A DNA stretch of 63,974 nucleotides, the filler included, from Candidatus Babelota bacterium (lineage in GTDB: Bacteria; JAGOBX01), in assembly GCA_017999075.1 (NCBI GenBank). It is 6 parts of 6 records of this genome, joined end to end, with 100 filler letters (N's around TTAATTAATTAA, not from the genome) between each part and the next. Parts side by side here need not be neighbours in the genome. Positions count along the whole stretch, not along the records: positions 44,591 to 55,577 come from JAGOBX010000074.1; positions 55,678 to 63,974 come from JAGOBX010000139.1; 4 more parts are not named here. The stretch is one strand, 5' to 3'. Each line of letters opens with the position of its first letter. Within the stretch, counting starts at the first letter, position 1. Shown in pieces: positions 51,941-63,700 of this stretch. The notes beneath the pieces are model-generated. The model saw nothing but the letters and a program-made list of their open reading frames with translations. It had not been told where the DNA came from and made no database searches. Both the position numbers and the translations under genes were made by a program.

Positions 51941-52930
51941 ATGATACGCCTTGAAAACATAACAAAAAAATTCTATAACAATACAGTTCTTGACAATATA
52001 TCTTTTGAAATAACACGCGGTGATATTGTAGGATTTCTCGGCCCAAACGGAGCTGGAAAAACTACAGCAATGAGAATAATTACAACATATATACAACCTG
52101 ACGAAGGAAAACTATTCATAAACGGCATAAATGCACTTGAGAACCAGGATGAAATAAAAAAAATCATTGGATATCTGCCTGAAAATGTCCCTGTTTATCC
52201 TGAAATGCGTGTTATTGAGTTCCTTGAATATAGAGCATTAATAAAAGGGGTATCAGGGAAAAATATAAAAAAACGCTTATCCGATTCAATGGAAAAAACA
52301 GGAATTACCGATGTTTCAAAAAAAATCATAGGACAGCTATCCAAAGGATATACTCAAAGAGTCGGAATTGCAGACGCATTATTATCCGATCCTAAAATAT
52401 TGATTCTTGACGAACCCACAAGCGGACTTGATCCTAACCAAAGAGTTCATACGAGAAATCTTATTAAAAATTTAGGTTCTGACAAAACCATTATCTTATC
52501 TACTCATATTTTACCTGAAGTCGAAACTTCATGTCATAATGTATTGATAATTAATAAAGGAAAAATCATTGCCAGAGAAAAAGTGGGGGATATTGATAAA
52601 CTTACCGGAATAAAAGGATTTAATTATCACGTTGTTTTAGGGATTGGTTCTACAAAAAAAAATCAAGTATATGATTGTAATCCTGAAAGTCATGCTGATT
52701 GTATTGAAAAAAAAATATCTGCATTCAGTGAGATATACAAATATACTATTTTATCAAAAGAAACAAATCTAATTGAACTTGAAATTATTTTTAAAAACAA
52801 TAATATTTCTCTTGATAATTTTTTTATATTTGCCGCTGAAAATAATTTAACTATACGTGAATTAACTCCTAATAAAAATTCTCTTGAAAACATTTTTATT
52901 TCTCTGACTTCTACAGTTGACGGAGACTGA
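51941..52930 (+). CDS. ABC transporter ATP-binding protein, GldA-like
   Basis: GPNGAGKTT, LSKGYTQRVG, LDEPTSGLDP, STHILPEVE. Confidence 0.88.
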   Translation: MIRLENITKKFYNNTVLDNISFEITRGDIVGFLGPNGAGKTTAMRIITTYIQPDEGKLFINGINALENQDEIKKIIGYLPENVPVYPEMRVIEFLEYRALIKGVSGKNIKKRLSDSMEKTGITDVSKKIIGQLSKGYTQRVGIADALLSDPKILILDEPTSGLDPNQRVHTRNLIKNLGSDKTIILSTHILPEVETSCHNVLIINKGKIIAREKVGDIDKLTGIKGFNYHVVLGIGSTKKNQVYDCNPESHADCIEKKISAFSEIYKYTILSKETNLIELEIIFKNNNISLDNFFIFAAENNLTIRELTPNKNSLENIFISLTSTVDGD

Positions 52931-53675
52931 ATTTATGAAAAAAATTTATATACTGGCAAAACGCGAGTTTTTGAGTTATTTTACAAGTCCTTTAGGGTTC
53001 ATTACTCTTACATGTTTTCTAATTTTAAACGGCATAATATTCTGGATGATTGCGGATATAACAAACCGTCCTGACAGTCCCTATGGAGCAGTTATGCGGT
53101 TATTTTTCGGAGGAACAATTTTTTATTGGCTGTTTTTATTCGTATTCATTCCTGTAATAACAATGAAGTTATTCTCTGAAGAAATAAAATCAGGATCAAT
53201 AGAATTACTTATAACTGCTCCATTAAAAGAATATCAAATAGTTTTAGGGAAATTCACAGGAGCATTTTTATTTTACATTTTTTTATGGATTCCGACAATA
53301 ATTTACCCGTTAATATTAAGCAGCTACACATCAATTGATTACGGCCCTGTTTTATCAGGTTATATAGGTTCTGTATTAATCGGTCTTTTATTTATCAGCA
53401 TTGGAATGTTCAGTTCTACGGTAACAAAATCACAAGTCAGTTCTGCTATATTATGTTTCGCAATTCTTGCAGTATTGTTTTTATCAGGTCTTGCAGGAGG
53501 TCTTTTCACTGATGAAAAAACCATAAAATTTTTGGATTATATAAATATATTGAATTATATAGAAACTTTTGGAAAAGGAATACTTGATACAAGAGCGTTA
53601 ATATTCTTAATTTCCTGTTCTGCAGGAATAATTTTTTTAAATATCAAATACCTCGAAACAAGGAAGTGGGTATAA
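52917..53675 (+). CDS. ABC-2 permease, GldF-like
   Basis: KREFLSYFTSP, TMKLFSEEIKSGSIELLITAP...GKF. Confidence 0.85.
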   Translation: MTETEFMKKIYILAKREFLSYFTSPLGFITLTCFLILNGIIFWMIADITNRPDSPYGAVMRLFFGGTIFYWLFLFVFIPVITMKLFSEEIKSGSIELLITAPLKEYQIVLGKFTGAFLFYIFLWIPTIIYPLILSSYTSIDYGPVLSGYIGSVLIGLLFISIGMFSSTVTKSQVSSAILCFAILAVLFLSGLAGGLFTDEKTIKFLDYINILNYIETFGKGILDTRALIFLISCSAGIIFLNIKYLETRKWV

Positions 53676-53684
53676 AAAATTATT

Positions 53685-55202
53685 ATGAGTTATACTGTCA
53701 AACGAATTAACTTTTCAATAATAATCATACTCGTTACAGCGGTATTGGTTATGATAAATTATTTATCTTACCGCCATTATTACAGATTTGACTGTACAAA
53801 ATCAAATATTTACAGTTTATCTGATTATACGGAAAAAGTTCTTGATAAAATAAAAAATCCAATGCATATTTGGGTTTTCATTCCTTCGAATATTGAATTA
53901 TATGAAAACATTCAGGAATTACTTAATACATATAAAAGCTATAACAAAAACATAGCTATAGAATATATTGATCCTATAAAAAACCAGTTGAAAGCTAATG
54001 AAATCGCAAAAAAATATAATCTTACTTCCCCTGATTTAGTTATATTCGAATATGATGAGCAGGTTAAATATGTAACCTATAATGACATAGTTGAGTATGA
54101 TTATATTTATGGGCGTACTCCAAAAATTTCAAGTTTTAAAGGGGAACAGAAATTCACATCAATAATACTTTCTATTATAGAAAAAGAAAAAAAAACAGTT
54201 TATTTTACAGAAGGTCATAACGAACGGAAAATTGAAAGTTCCGAATCATACGACGGGTTCGATATTTTAAAACAAGAAATTCTTGAAAAAGGAAATTTCA
54301 ATGTTAAGCCCCTGTTAACTGTAACATTAGAAAAAATACCTGATGACTGTTCGCTCCTTGTTATACTTGCTCCTGAATTTGATTTTTTACAGGAAGAAAT
54401 TAAACTGATTTCCGAATATTTAGAATCAGGCGGCAAGTTGATGGTCTGTCTTGAACCGTCTATAGGAAAAAAAGATCATAAATTACTCTTATTTTCGAAC
54501 TTTTTAAAAAAATACGGCATACATTTCGATAATACTCTTCTTCTTGACCCGTCAAACAATTTTCCATTATTCGGAAAAGGATCTATAGTCGCATCTGAAT
54601 ATGACCATACAGGAATAACAAAATTTCTTTCAGAACGAAAATTGCCTTCGATATTTAACATATCTACTTCTTTATCCGAAATTCCTACAGATAAAAATGT
54701 TAAAATTAAAACTTTAATAAAAACTTCAGAATCCGCTTTTCAGGAAAAAAATCTTACTGATTTGAAAAATATAAAATATAACAAAACCGACAATTCTCAA
54801 AAACAATATGGAATAGCGCTTTTATCTGAACCTGACAAACTTGAAAATATAGATTCGCAAGATATGAAATTAAACAATTCCGTTAAATATGAAACATCTC
54901 AAATTTCCTCTAATAAACTCTATTGCAAAAATGAAGGTTTTGCTTTGCTTGCAGTTGGCGATGCTGATTTTATGTCAAATAACCTGATTAATAATGCGGG
55001 TAATTTGACATTTGTAAGAAACGCTATAAACTATCTCACAGAAAAAAAAGAATTAATAAGTTTCCCTGCAAAATCTCCTGAAAAAGTACAACTTACTTTA
55101 GCTTCTAATGATATGTTTTTCATATTTTTTGTTTCTTTAATTGCATTGCCTGTTATTTCAATTTTATCAGGAATTTTAATTTGGTGGAGGAGAAAAAAAT
55201 AA
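53685..55202 (+). CDS. GldG-like ABC auxiliary protein
   Basis: RFDCTKSNIYSLS, GEQKFTS, YFTEGHNER, C-terminal TM helix with WWRRKK. Confidence 0.85.
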   Translation: MSYTVKRINFSIIIILVTAVLVMINYLSYRHYYRFDCTKSNIYSLSDYTEKVLDKIKNPMHIWVFIPSNIELYENIQELLNTYKSYNKNIAIEYIDPIKNQLKANEIAKKYNLTSPDLVIFEYDEQVKYVTYNDIVEYDYIYGRTPKISSFKGEQKFTSIILSIIEKEKKTVYFTEGHNERKIESSESYDGFDILKQEILEKGNFNVKPLLTVTLEKIPDDCSLLVILAPEFDFLQEEIKLISEYLESGGKLMVCLEPSIGKKDHKLLLFSNFLKKYGIHFDNTLLLDPSNNFPLFGKGSIVASEYDHTGITKFLSERKLPSIFNISTSLSEIPTDKNVKIKTLIKTSESAFQEKNLTDLKNIKYNKTDNSQKQYGIALLSEPDKLENIDSQDMKLNNSVKYETSQISSNKLYCKNEGFALLAVGDADFMSNNLINNAGNLTFVRNAINYLTEKKELISFPAKSPEKVQLTLASNDMFFIFFVSLIALPVISILSGILIWWRRKK

Positions 55203-55205
55203 ATA

Positions 55206-55577
55206 ATGAAATTAAAACCACTGGTTATATTAACAATAATATGCTTATGTCTCGGCATATATATTTTTTTAGTTGATAAAAACAAAAAATCAACCGATGA
55301 AATTTTACAATCAGATCAAAGCATAATTCCTTTTTCAAAAAATGCTGTTACAGAAATTTCGATAAACTCTATAACATTTTCAAGAAAACAGGGAACAGAC
55401 GAATGGACAATAACAGAACCTGTAAAATCAGATGTTGACAACGAATATTTTCAATTCTTCTTATCTCGAATTTTTGATATGAAATTTATTCAGAAACAAA
55501 AAATTTCAGAACAAGAATTATCTCAATTCGAAATAAACGTCAAAAACAAACTGAATATGATTAACTCTGTTACAGGA
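55206..55577 (+). CDS. DUF4340-like protein, 3' truncated
   Basis: N-terminal TM helix; WTITEPVKSDVD; usual position after gldG. Confidence 0.65.
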
Positions 55578-55677
55578 NNNNNNNNNNNNNNNNNNNNNNN
55601 NNNNNNNNNNNNNNNNNNNNNTTAATTAATTAANNNNNNNNNNNNNNNNNNNNNNNNNNNNNNNNNNNNNNNNNNNN
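55578..55677. other. Artificial contig linker
   Basis: N-run, TTAATTAATTAA, N-run. Confidence 0.99.
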
Positions 55678-58600
55678 CTGAAATATTTCTTTTATCCCTA
55701 TCTCTGTCTTTAATCTTTTCCTTATTCCTGATACTGCCTGAATCGCTTTTATGCTCTGCCCTCCCATTTCAAAAAAATTATCATTAATTCCTATATTTTT
55801 GATTTTCAAGATATCTTCAAAAATAGATATAATGAATTTTTCATTCTCATTCGTAGGAGCAGTATACTCTGATTTTAACAATTGCAAATTTTCTGTCGGT
55901 TTTGGTAAATTTTTTTTATCAATTTTTCCATTTCTGTTTAATGGCATTTTTTCAATTTGAATCATAAACGATGGAATCATATATGAAGGTAATTTCTCAG
56001 ATATAAATTTTCTCAACTCATTTATATCAATTCGTGCATCAGAAGTATAATAAGCAGCCAATTCATTGTTTTCCGTAACAATAACTACTATTTCTTTTAC
56101 ACCAGAATATTCAGAAATACGATTTTCTATTTCACCTGTTTCTATACGATATCCGCGTATTTTAACCTGCTGATCAATCCTTCCCAAATATACGATTTCA
56201 CCATTTTCAAGGTAAACTCCTGCATCACCTGATTTGTATAGTTTCATTTTTTTATCAAACACATCAAATAAAATAAAACGTTCGTAATTCAATTCAGGTC
56301 TTTTCAAATAACCCCGGCAAACTCCATATCCGCCAACAAAAATTTCACCGGGTATTCCAATTGGGACCACATTCAAATTTCTGTCAAACAAAAATATATT
56401 TAATGAAGGGATTGGTTTTCCAATATTGCTTTTCCCATTTTCAATTTCTTCAACAGTAATTTTTTTAAATGTAACGTGCACTGTAGTTTCAGTTATGCCA
56501 TACATGTTGATCAATTCAACTTCAGGATACATAGCATGAAATTTACCAAGCAGCGCAGGTTTCAATGCTTCTCCTCCAAATATTACATATCTAATTGCAA
56601 GTTCTGATTTTTTTCTATGAAGCGCAACTTCCATAAGATTATTAAACGCACCTGGAGTCTGATTCAATACAGTAACTTTATTATCCAATAAAATATTATA
56701 AAAAGAATATGTATCTTTCGCTTCATCCGCAGAAACTATTATCAGTTTGCCTCCATACAAAAGCGCTCCATACATTTCCCATACAGAAAAATCAAAACAA
56801 TAAGAATGAAATAATGTCCATACATCTTTATCAGAAAAAACAAATTGAAAATTATGAGGAAACATCAAACTGACTACATTTCTATGTTCTATCATAGCGC
56901 CTTTAGGAACTCCAGTTGTTCCTGACGTATAAATTATATATAACAAAGATTCTGGTTTAATACGGATATCGGGATTCGTTTTTTTATCATAGCTTAACAC
57001 CGCTATATTTAAGGATTTTATTCCGTACTTTTCATTTTCAAAAGATATGCTGCTGTCACAAGTAAGTATTATTCTGCAATTTGAATCCCTTATCATAAAA
57101 CTCTTCCGTTCATCAGGATATGAAATTTCCAGCGGCAGATAAGCGCATCCGGCTTTTATTATTCCTAGTATGGCTATTATAATATTCTCAGAACGCTCTA
57201 TTTCAAGAGCTATTATTTCTTCTTCTTCAACCTTGATAATATCAATTAAATAATTGGCTATACAATTTGATTTTTCATTAAGTTCAGCATAAGTCAGTTT
57301 TATATTCTTGAAAACAAGCGCTACAGCATCAGGTCTTTTTGCCGCCTGTTCTTCAAACAAATCAACAATGGTTTTATCAAACGGATAATCCGCAATTCGA
57401 TTATTAAATTTTTTTATTATTTCAATTTCTGCTAACGGTATAATATTAATTTGACCTATCTTCATTTCTATATTTTTTATCAAAGATTCCAGTAAAGCAA
57501 TAAAATGTCCGAACATTTTATTAATACGTGTTTCCAAAAATATGTCAGTGTTATATTCAATAAAACACTGTATCTTTTCATCCTTTGTTTCCGAAAAGAT
57601 AAAAGTTATATCAAACTTACTGCTGTTCGACTCAAGTTCTTTAGTTTTCAAAATTGTTCCGCATATATTGAATTCAACAGATTCATTATTCTGCAAAACA
57701 ATCAAAACATCAAATAAAGGCGAACGGCTTGTATCCCTTGCAAGTTTTAGATCATCCACAAGTCTGTCAAACGGATAAATCTCATTATCATAAGCTTCAA
57801 TTGCTGTGTTTTTTACAGAAAACAAAAACTGTTCAAATGTCATTTCGGAATCAATATAATCACGGAGCGCAACAGTATTTAAATAAAGTCCGATTTGATT
57901 TTCAAATAAAGGATGAATTCGTCCGGCTAATGGCGTCCCTGTTATTATATCATTCTGATTCGTGTAACGGTATAACAATACTTTCACTGCAGCAGTAAGA
58001 GTTATAAAAAGACTGGTTCCTTTATCTTTACAGATATTTTTTATTCCTGCAGTAATCTCATTGTTTATTGAAAAACTCAATGTTTTTCCATTGTATGTTT
58101 TCACTTCAGGCCTATTATAATCAGCAGGAATCTGTAAAGAAGGAATATCTCCGGAAAATTTATTCAACCAGTATTCTCTAACTTTACCTATTTTTTCAGT
58201 ACGCAATAATTCATTCTGCCAGGCGGCGTAATCTTTGTATTGAAGTTTCATAGCGGCAAGAATGGGCTCTCTATTTTCAATCCGAGATTCGTATAATTCC
58301 ATTATTTCTTTCATCATAACATTCATTGACCAGCCGTCGGATATTATGTGATGCATATTAAATAACAACAGGTATTTATCTGCTGCTGTTTTTAATATTT
58401 TTATTTTCATTAGCGGGCCTGTTTCCAAATTGAATTGAGAATTGATAATTGAGAATTGATAATTGAGAATTAAAGATTCCGAATTATCTGTTTTTGAAAT
58501 ATCTTCGTATTCAAAATAATTTTCAAATTTCAATTTTTCTTTATCTACTATTTTTTGTTTGGGTTCTCCATTAATCGTAACAAAAACAGTTCTCAATATT

Positions 58601-58980
58601 TCGTGACGATCAATAAGTTCATATACAGCATTACGCATATAATCAGCATAAAAATTGCCATTAATTTCAATTAATGCGGGAATATTATATGCAATGTTTT
58701 GACCTTCAAATTGAGATAGTATCCAAAACCTGCGTTGTGCGTTTGATAATTCGTAATATTCTTTATTTTCACAAAGGCTGATCGATTCATATTCAATTTC
58801 ATCAGACTTTTTTTGAATTTCTGAAAGTATTTTTTTTATTTCGACTTTATTTTCACGCAAAGTTTTAAGCATTTCAGCGGTAAGTATATTTTTTGAATCG
58901 ATTATCTTTATATCATTTTCTTTTAAAAATATATTCACGCCTTTCTGTTTTAATTCATAAAGACAGGAAATGATATTCAT
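55678..58980 (-). CDS. NRPS: TubC_N-like docking domain, C, A(Thr), T; 3' truncated
   Basis: HHIISDGWS, YTSGTTGVPKG, FFEMGGQSI; specificity residues read by eye as DFWNIGMVHK (Thr). Confidence 0.93.
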
Positions 58981-60719
58981 AGATTAATGTTTTCCTCTTT
59001 TTTTATCAAATATTTAATTGTATAATATTCTTCGTTGTGAAATTTTTCAAAAAAATCTATAAGTTTATCTTTAAACAATGGGTTATTTGACAGTTCAAAA
59101 AAAATTTCCACCACATCATCATTTGACAAACCTTTATCTGAATTATATAAAATAAAAAATTCTTCATCAGGCTGTTCAGGCAATATTTTAATTCCGTATA
59201 AATCAGGATTCTCATAAATTCTGCTACCCTTATTAAGCATAAAAATGTGCAGACGTAAAATTCCGATTTTCTCGGCATTTTTAACCAAAAATTCCACTGT
59301 ATCTGATATTTCTTTTTTTGTCTCGGAAGGGAATCCTAAAATAATATTCAGTTCAACCAACACTCCATTATCATAACATATATCAAGAAGCTTTTGAGCT
59401 GTATCAGCTTCAAATCCTTTGTTCATTAAATTAATAATTCTTTGATTGGCAGATTCCATCCCAAAAGAAAGCATAATCATTCCGGCTTCAGAAGCAGGTT
59501 TTATAAGTTCTTCAAATTTTTTTTCCAAACGAGCCATTGACCCGAAATATACCTTAATATTATTATTTTTTAAAAATCCAGTCAGTTTTTTTAACATTTT
59601 CGGAGAGATTGCTTCATCATATATAGGAATAACTGTAACATCATAATTATTTTTATAATTTAACAACGACTTTTCAACAGTGTCATAAGGCAATTCCCGA
59701 AACTTTTTATCAAGTATATCTGCATGAACGCAAAACGAGCATTTACTCCAATAACATCCCCTGTTTGTCAGCAAAGGTGCGGAAATAAACGGTGAAAAAT
59801 ATTTTTTACCCAGAGGAATTCCGGTTAAATCCAATACGGGCAATTTATTAACATCTATTATTTCTTTTTTCCGGTTTATAATTATTTTGTTTCTGATTTT
59901 ATCGTAGTACACCAATCCTGGTATTTTTTTTAAATATTCAACATCATTAATATTTTGACATAATTCAAGCAATGCTTCTTCTCCTTCACCTATTACTCCA
60001 AATGGATTCAAATAAGAAATAATATTTCCGATTTTATCGTCTGTCACAGAATATATGTTATCGGATAATTGAAAAAATGTTGAAAATAAACCGCTAAAAA
60101 ATGCTCCGCCTGTAACAATAGGAATATTAAAATTTTTTTTAATAATGTTGACTAATTGAAAATAAGGATTTATTTGAGTATAAAAACTTATTGATATTCC
60201 AATTATATCAGGCTTAACAGAAAAAATTTCATTAATAATTTCGTTCTTATAATAATCATAATAAATACTGTTTTCAAGATTTTCATAAATGGCAGTATTA
60301 AATTCTCCGCATAAACTAATAATATTAGGATAATTACTCACCGATGAGAATACAATCAAATCATTAATTGTTTTTATATCTTCTTCAAAACATTTCTTTG
60401 AAATATTAATCTTGTCATTACAGCAAATTTTTTTGATACGTTTTTTATAATCTTTAATTTTCGAAAGAGTTTCATTAAATATTTGACTATAATTTTGATA
60501 TTTCTCAGCAGGCGTTTTTTCTTCCCTTAAAATTTTTTTACTTAAATCGATTTTTTTAAATAATCTTTCAGGCTGTAAATAATAGTTTAAAAATTCTACT
60601 GCCGTATCACAGCACAACGATTCTATTTTATTTTTTCTTAAGTAACTGTTTAAACATATTAAACTTAAAGGAGGGATAAACGGAGACAGCCCTGGTAACG
60701 ATAATAATAATATTTTCAT
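58977..60719 (-). CDS. Cobalamin-binding radical SAM enzyme (class B methyltransferase-like)
   Basis: PPLSL N-terminus, PDIIGISI, GGAF, GEGEEAL, RGCYWSKCSFC (Cx4Cx2C), SFGMESANQRI. Confidence 0.88.
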   Translation of the reverse strand: MKILLLSLPGLSPFIPPLSLICLNSYLRKNKIESLCCDTAVEFLNYYLQPERLFKKIDLSKKILREEKTPAEKYQNYSQIFNETLSKIKDYKKRIKKICCNDKINISKKCFEEDIKTINDLIVFSSVSNYPNIISLCGEFNTAIYENLENSIYYDYYKNEIINEIFSVKPDIIGISISFYTQINPYFQLVNIIKKNFNIPIVTGGAFFSGLFSTFFQLSDNIYSVTDDKIGNIISYLNPFGVIGEGEEALLELCQNINDVEYLKKIPGLVYYDKIRNKIIINRKKEIIDVNKLPVLDLTGIPLGKKYFSPFISAPLLTNRGCYWSKCSFCVHADILDKKFRELPYDTVEKSLLNYKNNYDVTVIPIYDEAISPKMLKKLTGFLKNNNIKVYFGSMARLEKKFEELIKPASEAGMIMLSFGMESANQRIINLMNKGFEADTAQKLLDICYDNGVLVELNIILGFPSETKKEISDTVEFLVKNAEKIGILRLHIFMLNKGSRIYENPDLYGIKILPEQPDEEFFILYNSDKGLSNDDVVEIFFELSNNPLFKDKLIDFFEKFHNEEYYTIKYLIKKEENINL

Positions 60720-60755
60720 AAAAACCTCTTTAATTTTTTTTAATAAAAATTAATA

Positions 60756-63700
60756 TTATAAATCAATAGCGTTATTCAAATCTTCTCTTTTTATTTCATC
60801 GGAATTTAAAATTTCCTTTGATAAACATATATATTCTGCTAATTCTTTAATCGTCTGATATTGAAAAATTTCTTTTATTCCAATATCTATTTTTAAATCT
60901 TTCTTTATTCTTGTTGAAACCTGAACTGCTTTCAAACTATGCCCTCCGATTTCAAAAAAATTTTCAAAAACGCTGATTTTTTCTATTTTTAACACTTCGC
61001 TCCATATTTGCATAACTACTTTTTCAGTTTCGGTTTCAGGGGCTTTATATTCTTTTTCTGTAATCAAAGAGCTTTTCAGAGGCATCGGCAGATTTTTTTT
61101 ATCTATTTTACCGTTCTGATTTAGCGGCATCTTATCAAGTTCTACAAAATACGCAGGAATCATATAAGCAGGCAGAAATTTTCCTAAAAATTCACGAATC
61201 TCGCCTACTGCCAGTTTCAAATTCCCTGATTTATTAATACTGGTTCGCGAATCTTTAAAATCATTACGATTTTCATTCCCGGCTAATTTTTCGATTCGAT
61301 TATTTTCCAATTCGTAATTTTTCAAAGTATAATACGCTATCAGTTCATTTTCTTCGCCACGTATCTTTTTTGCAATAACAACATTTTCTTTTATTGCAGA
61401 ATGTTTTGACAGCACAGACTCAATTTCTCCGAGTTCTATCCTCAATCCGCGTATTTTTACCTGGTCATCTATTCTGCCTAAAAACTCAATTTCTCCATTT
61501 TCATTCCATCTCCCGATATCTCCTGTCCGGTATATTCTATTTCCATTCCATTCAATAAATTTTTCTGCTGTTAATTTTTCATTACTCAAATATCCGCGAG
61601 CCAAACCTGGGCCTGCTATACATATTTCTCCAGAAATGTTTATTGGCGACAATGCCTGCCCGTTTAAAATATAAATTTTCAGATTTGATATAGGACTGCC
61701 AATAGGTACATTATTTTTTAATTTATAATCTTTTTTTAATTTAAAAATTGTTGCGCACACTGATATTTCAGTCGGTCCATACGCATTATAACAATTACAA
61801 TAATTTTTATAGTATTCTAAATCATTTACATTCGCAGATTCACCTGCTGTTATTATAAAATCAAGTTTTCTAATTATTTCTTTGTTGCATAACGAAAGAA
61901 AAGACGGTGTAAAAGTTCCGCCTGTAATATTATTTTCAGCAATATAATTTTCAAAAGATAAAATATTCAGTTTGGTTTGTTCTGGAACTATATATAGTGA
62001 TGCCCCGCCCAACAATGAAATAAATATTTCATATATTGATGCGTCAAACATATTTGATGAAATTTGCAGCAGCCTCATATTCTGTTGGATGTTTACTGCT
62101 TTTATTTGATACAATATCATATTTACAAATCCTGAATGGCAGATCATCACTCCTTTCGGATTACCTGTTGAACCTGACGTGTAAAGTATATAAGCTAATG
62201 ATAAGGGATTATTATTATATATCTTGGATATTATCTTATAAGATAATATATCTTCAATTGATATATATTCATTCTCTTCAGATTCAATTTTGTCAATCTT
62301 TGAATTTTTATCAATTAAAATAAATTTAGCTCTGCTTTCATTTAAAATATGTTTTTTTCTTTCTGCCGGATAACCTGAAACTAGCGGCAGATACACTCCG
62401 CCTGCTTTCATAATGCCAAGAATAGCAGCTATCCAAAAATAAGAACGTTCCATTTCTACAACTATTATTTCTTCGGCTTTTATATTTTTTTCTTTAATTA
62501 AATAACCGGCAATATAATTTGAATCCTCATTCAACTCATAGTATGTATATTTTTTATCATCGAATACTACAGCTGCATTTTCAGGTATTTTTCCAACCTG
62601 TTCTTCAAATAATTGCGTTATAGTTTTATTTTTCGGATAATCAATTTCTGTTGCGTTAAATTGATAAATCAATTTATTTTTTTCTTCTTCCGGCAGAATA
62701 TTTATTTCACTTATTTTTTTAGAATCATCCGATGTTACATCTTTTACAAGTTCGATAAAATGAGCAAATAACCTGTTTATTCTTGACTCAGAATAAATAT
62801 CTAAGTTATATTCTATTGCCATTGTAATCTCATTATTTGATGTTTCGGCAAAATTAAATGTCATATCAAATTTGCTTATATTACTTTCCACATGCTTATG
62901 TTTTATTTTGGCTCCGCTTAATTTAATTTCAGTTTCGTCATTATTCTGGAGCACCACCATTACATCAAAAACTGGAGAGCGGCTCGTATCCCGCTTCAAA
63001 TTTAACGTTTCAACTAATTTATCAAATGGATAGATTTCATTCTGATATGCTTCAAGAGCTGTTTCCCTGACTTTATCCAAAAATTCTTTAAACATCATTT
63101 CTCCAGTTATGCTATCTCGCAGAGCTAACGTGTTCACATAAAAACCAATCTGATTAGCTAAATCAGGATGAATCCTTCCGGCTATCGGAGAACCGATTAT
63201 TATATCTCCAGCGCCAGTATAACGATGCAATAATATTTTAACTGCTGATGTCAAAAACATAAATAAACTTGAATTGTGCTTCAGGCATAATTTTCTTATT
63301 TTATCCGAAATATCTTTTGTCAATATTCCTTCAAACGTATTCCCTCTAAATGTCTGAACAGGAGGACGCTGTTCATCTGACGGCATTTCCAAAACAGGAA
63401 TTTCACCCGAAAATTTCTCAAGCCAATATTCACGAGCTTTATCTATTTTTTCCGAATCTAATAATTCATTTTGCCACAATGCATAATCTTTATATTGTAT
63501 ATTTAACTTTTTTAAATTAGTTTCACGTTTCTCAATTTTTGAATTATAAAATTCCATAATATCTTTTATAAGTATATTCATTGACCAGCCGTCTGATATT
63601 ATATGATGCATATTAAACAATAATAAAAATTTTTGTTCACAAATTTTTATAAGTTTTATTTTCATCAGCGGAAGACTTGTCAAATCAAATTTGTAATTTA

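Noticed and set aside
51941-55577. Evidence of gliding motility
   Set aside because: GldA/F/G-like ABC systems with DUF4340 are widespread in non-gliding bacteria, and no motor genes are in the window.
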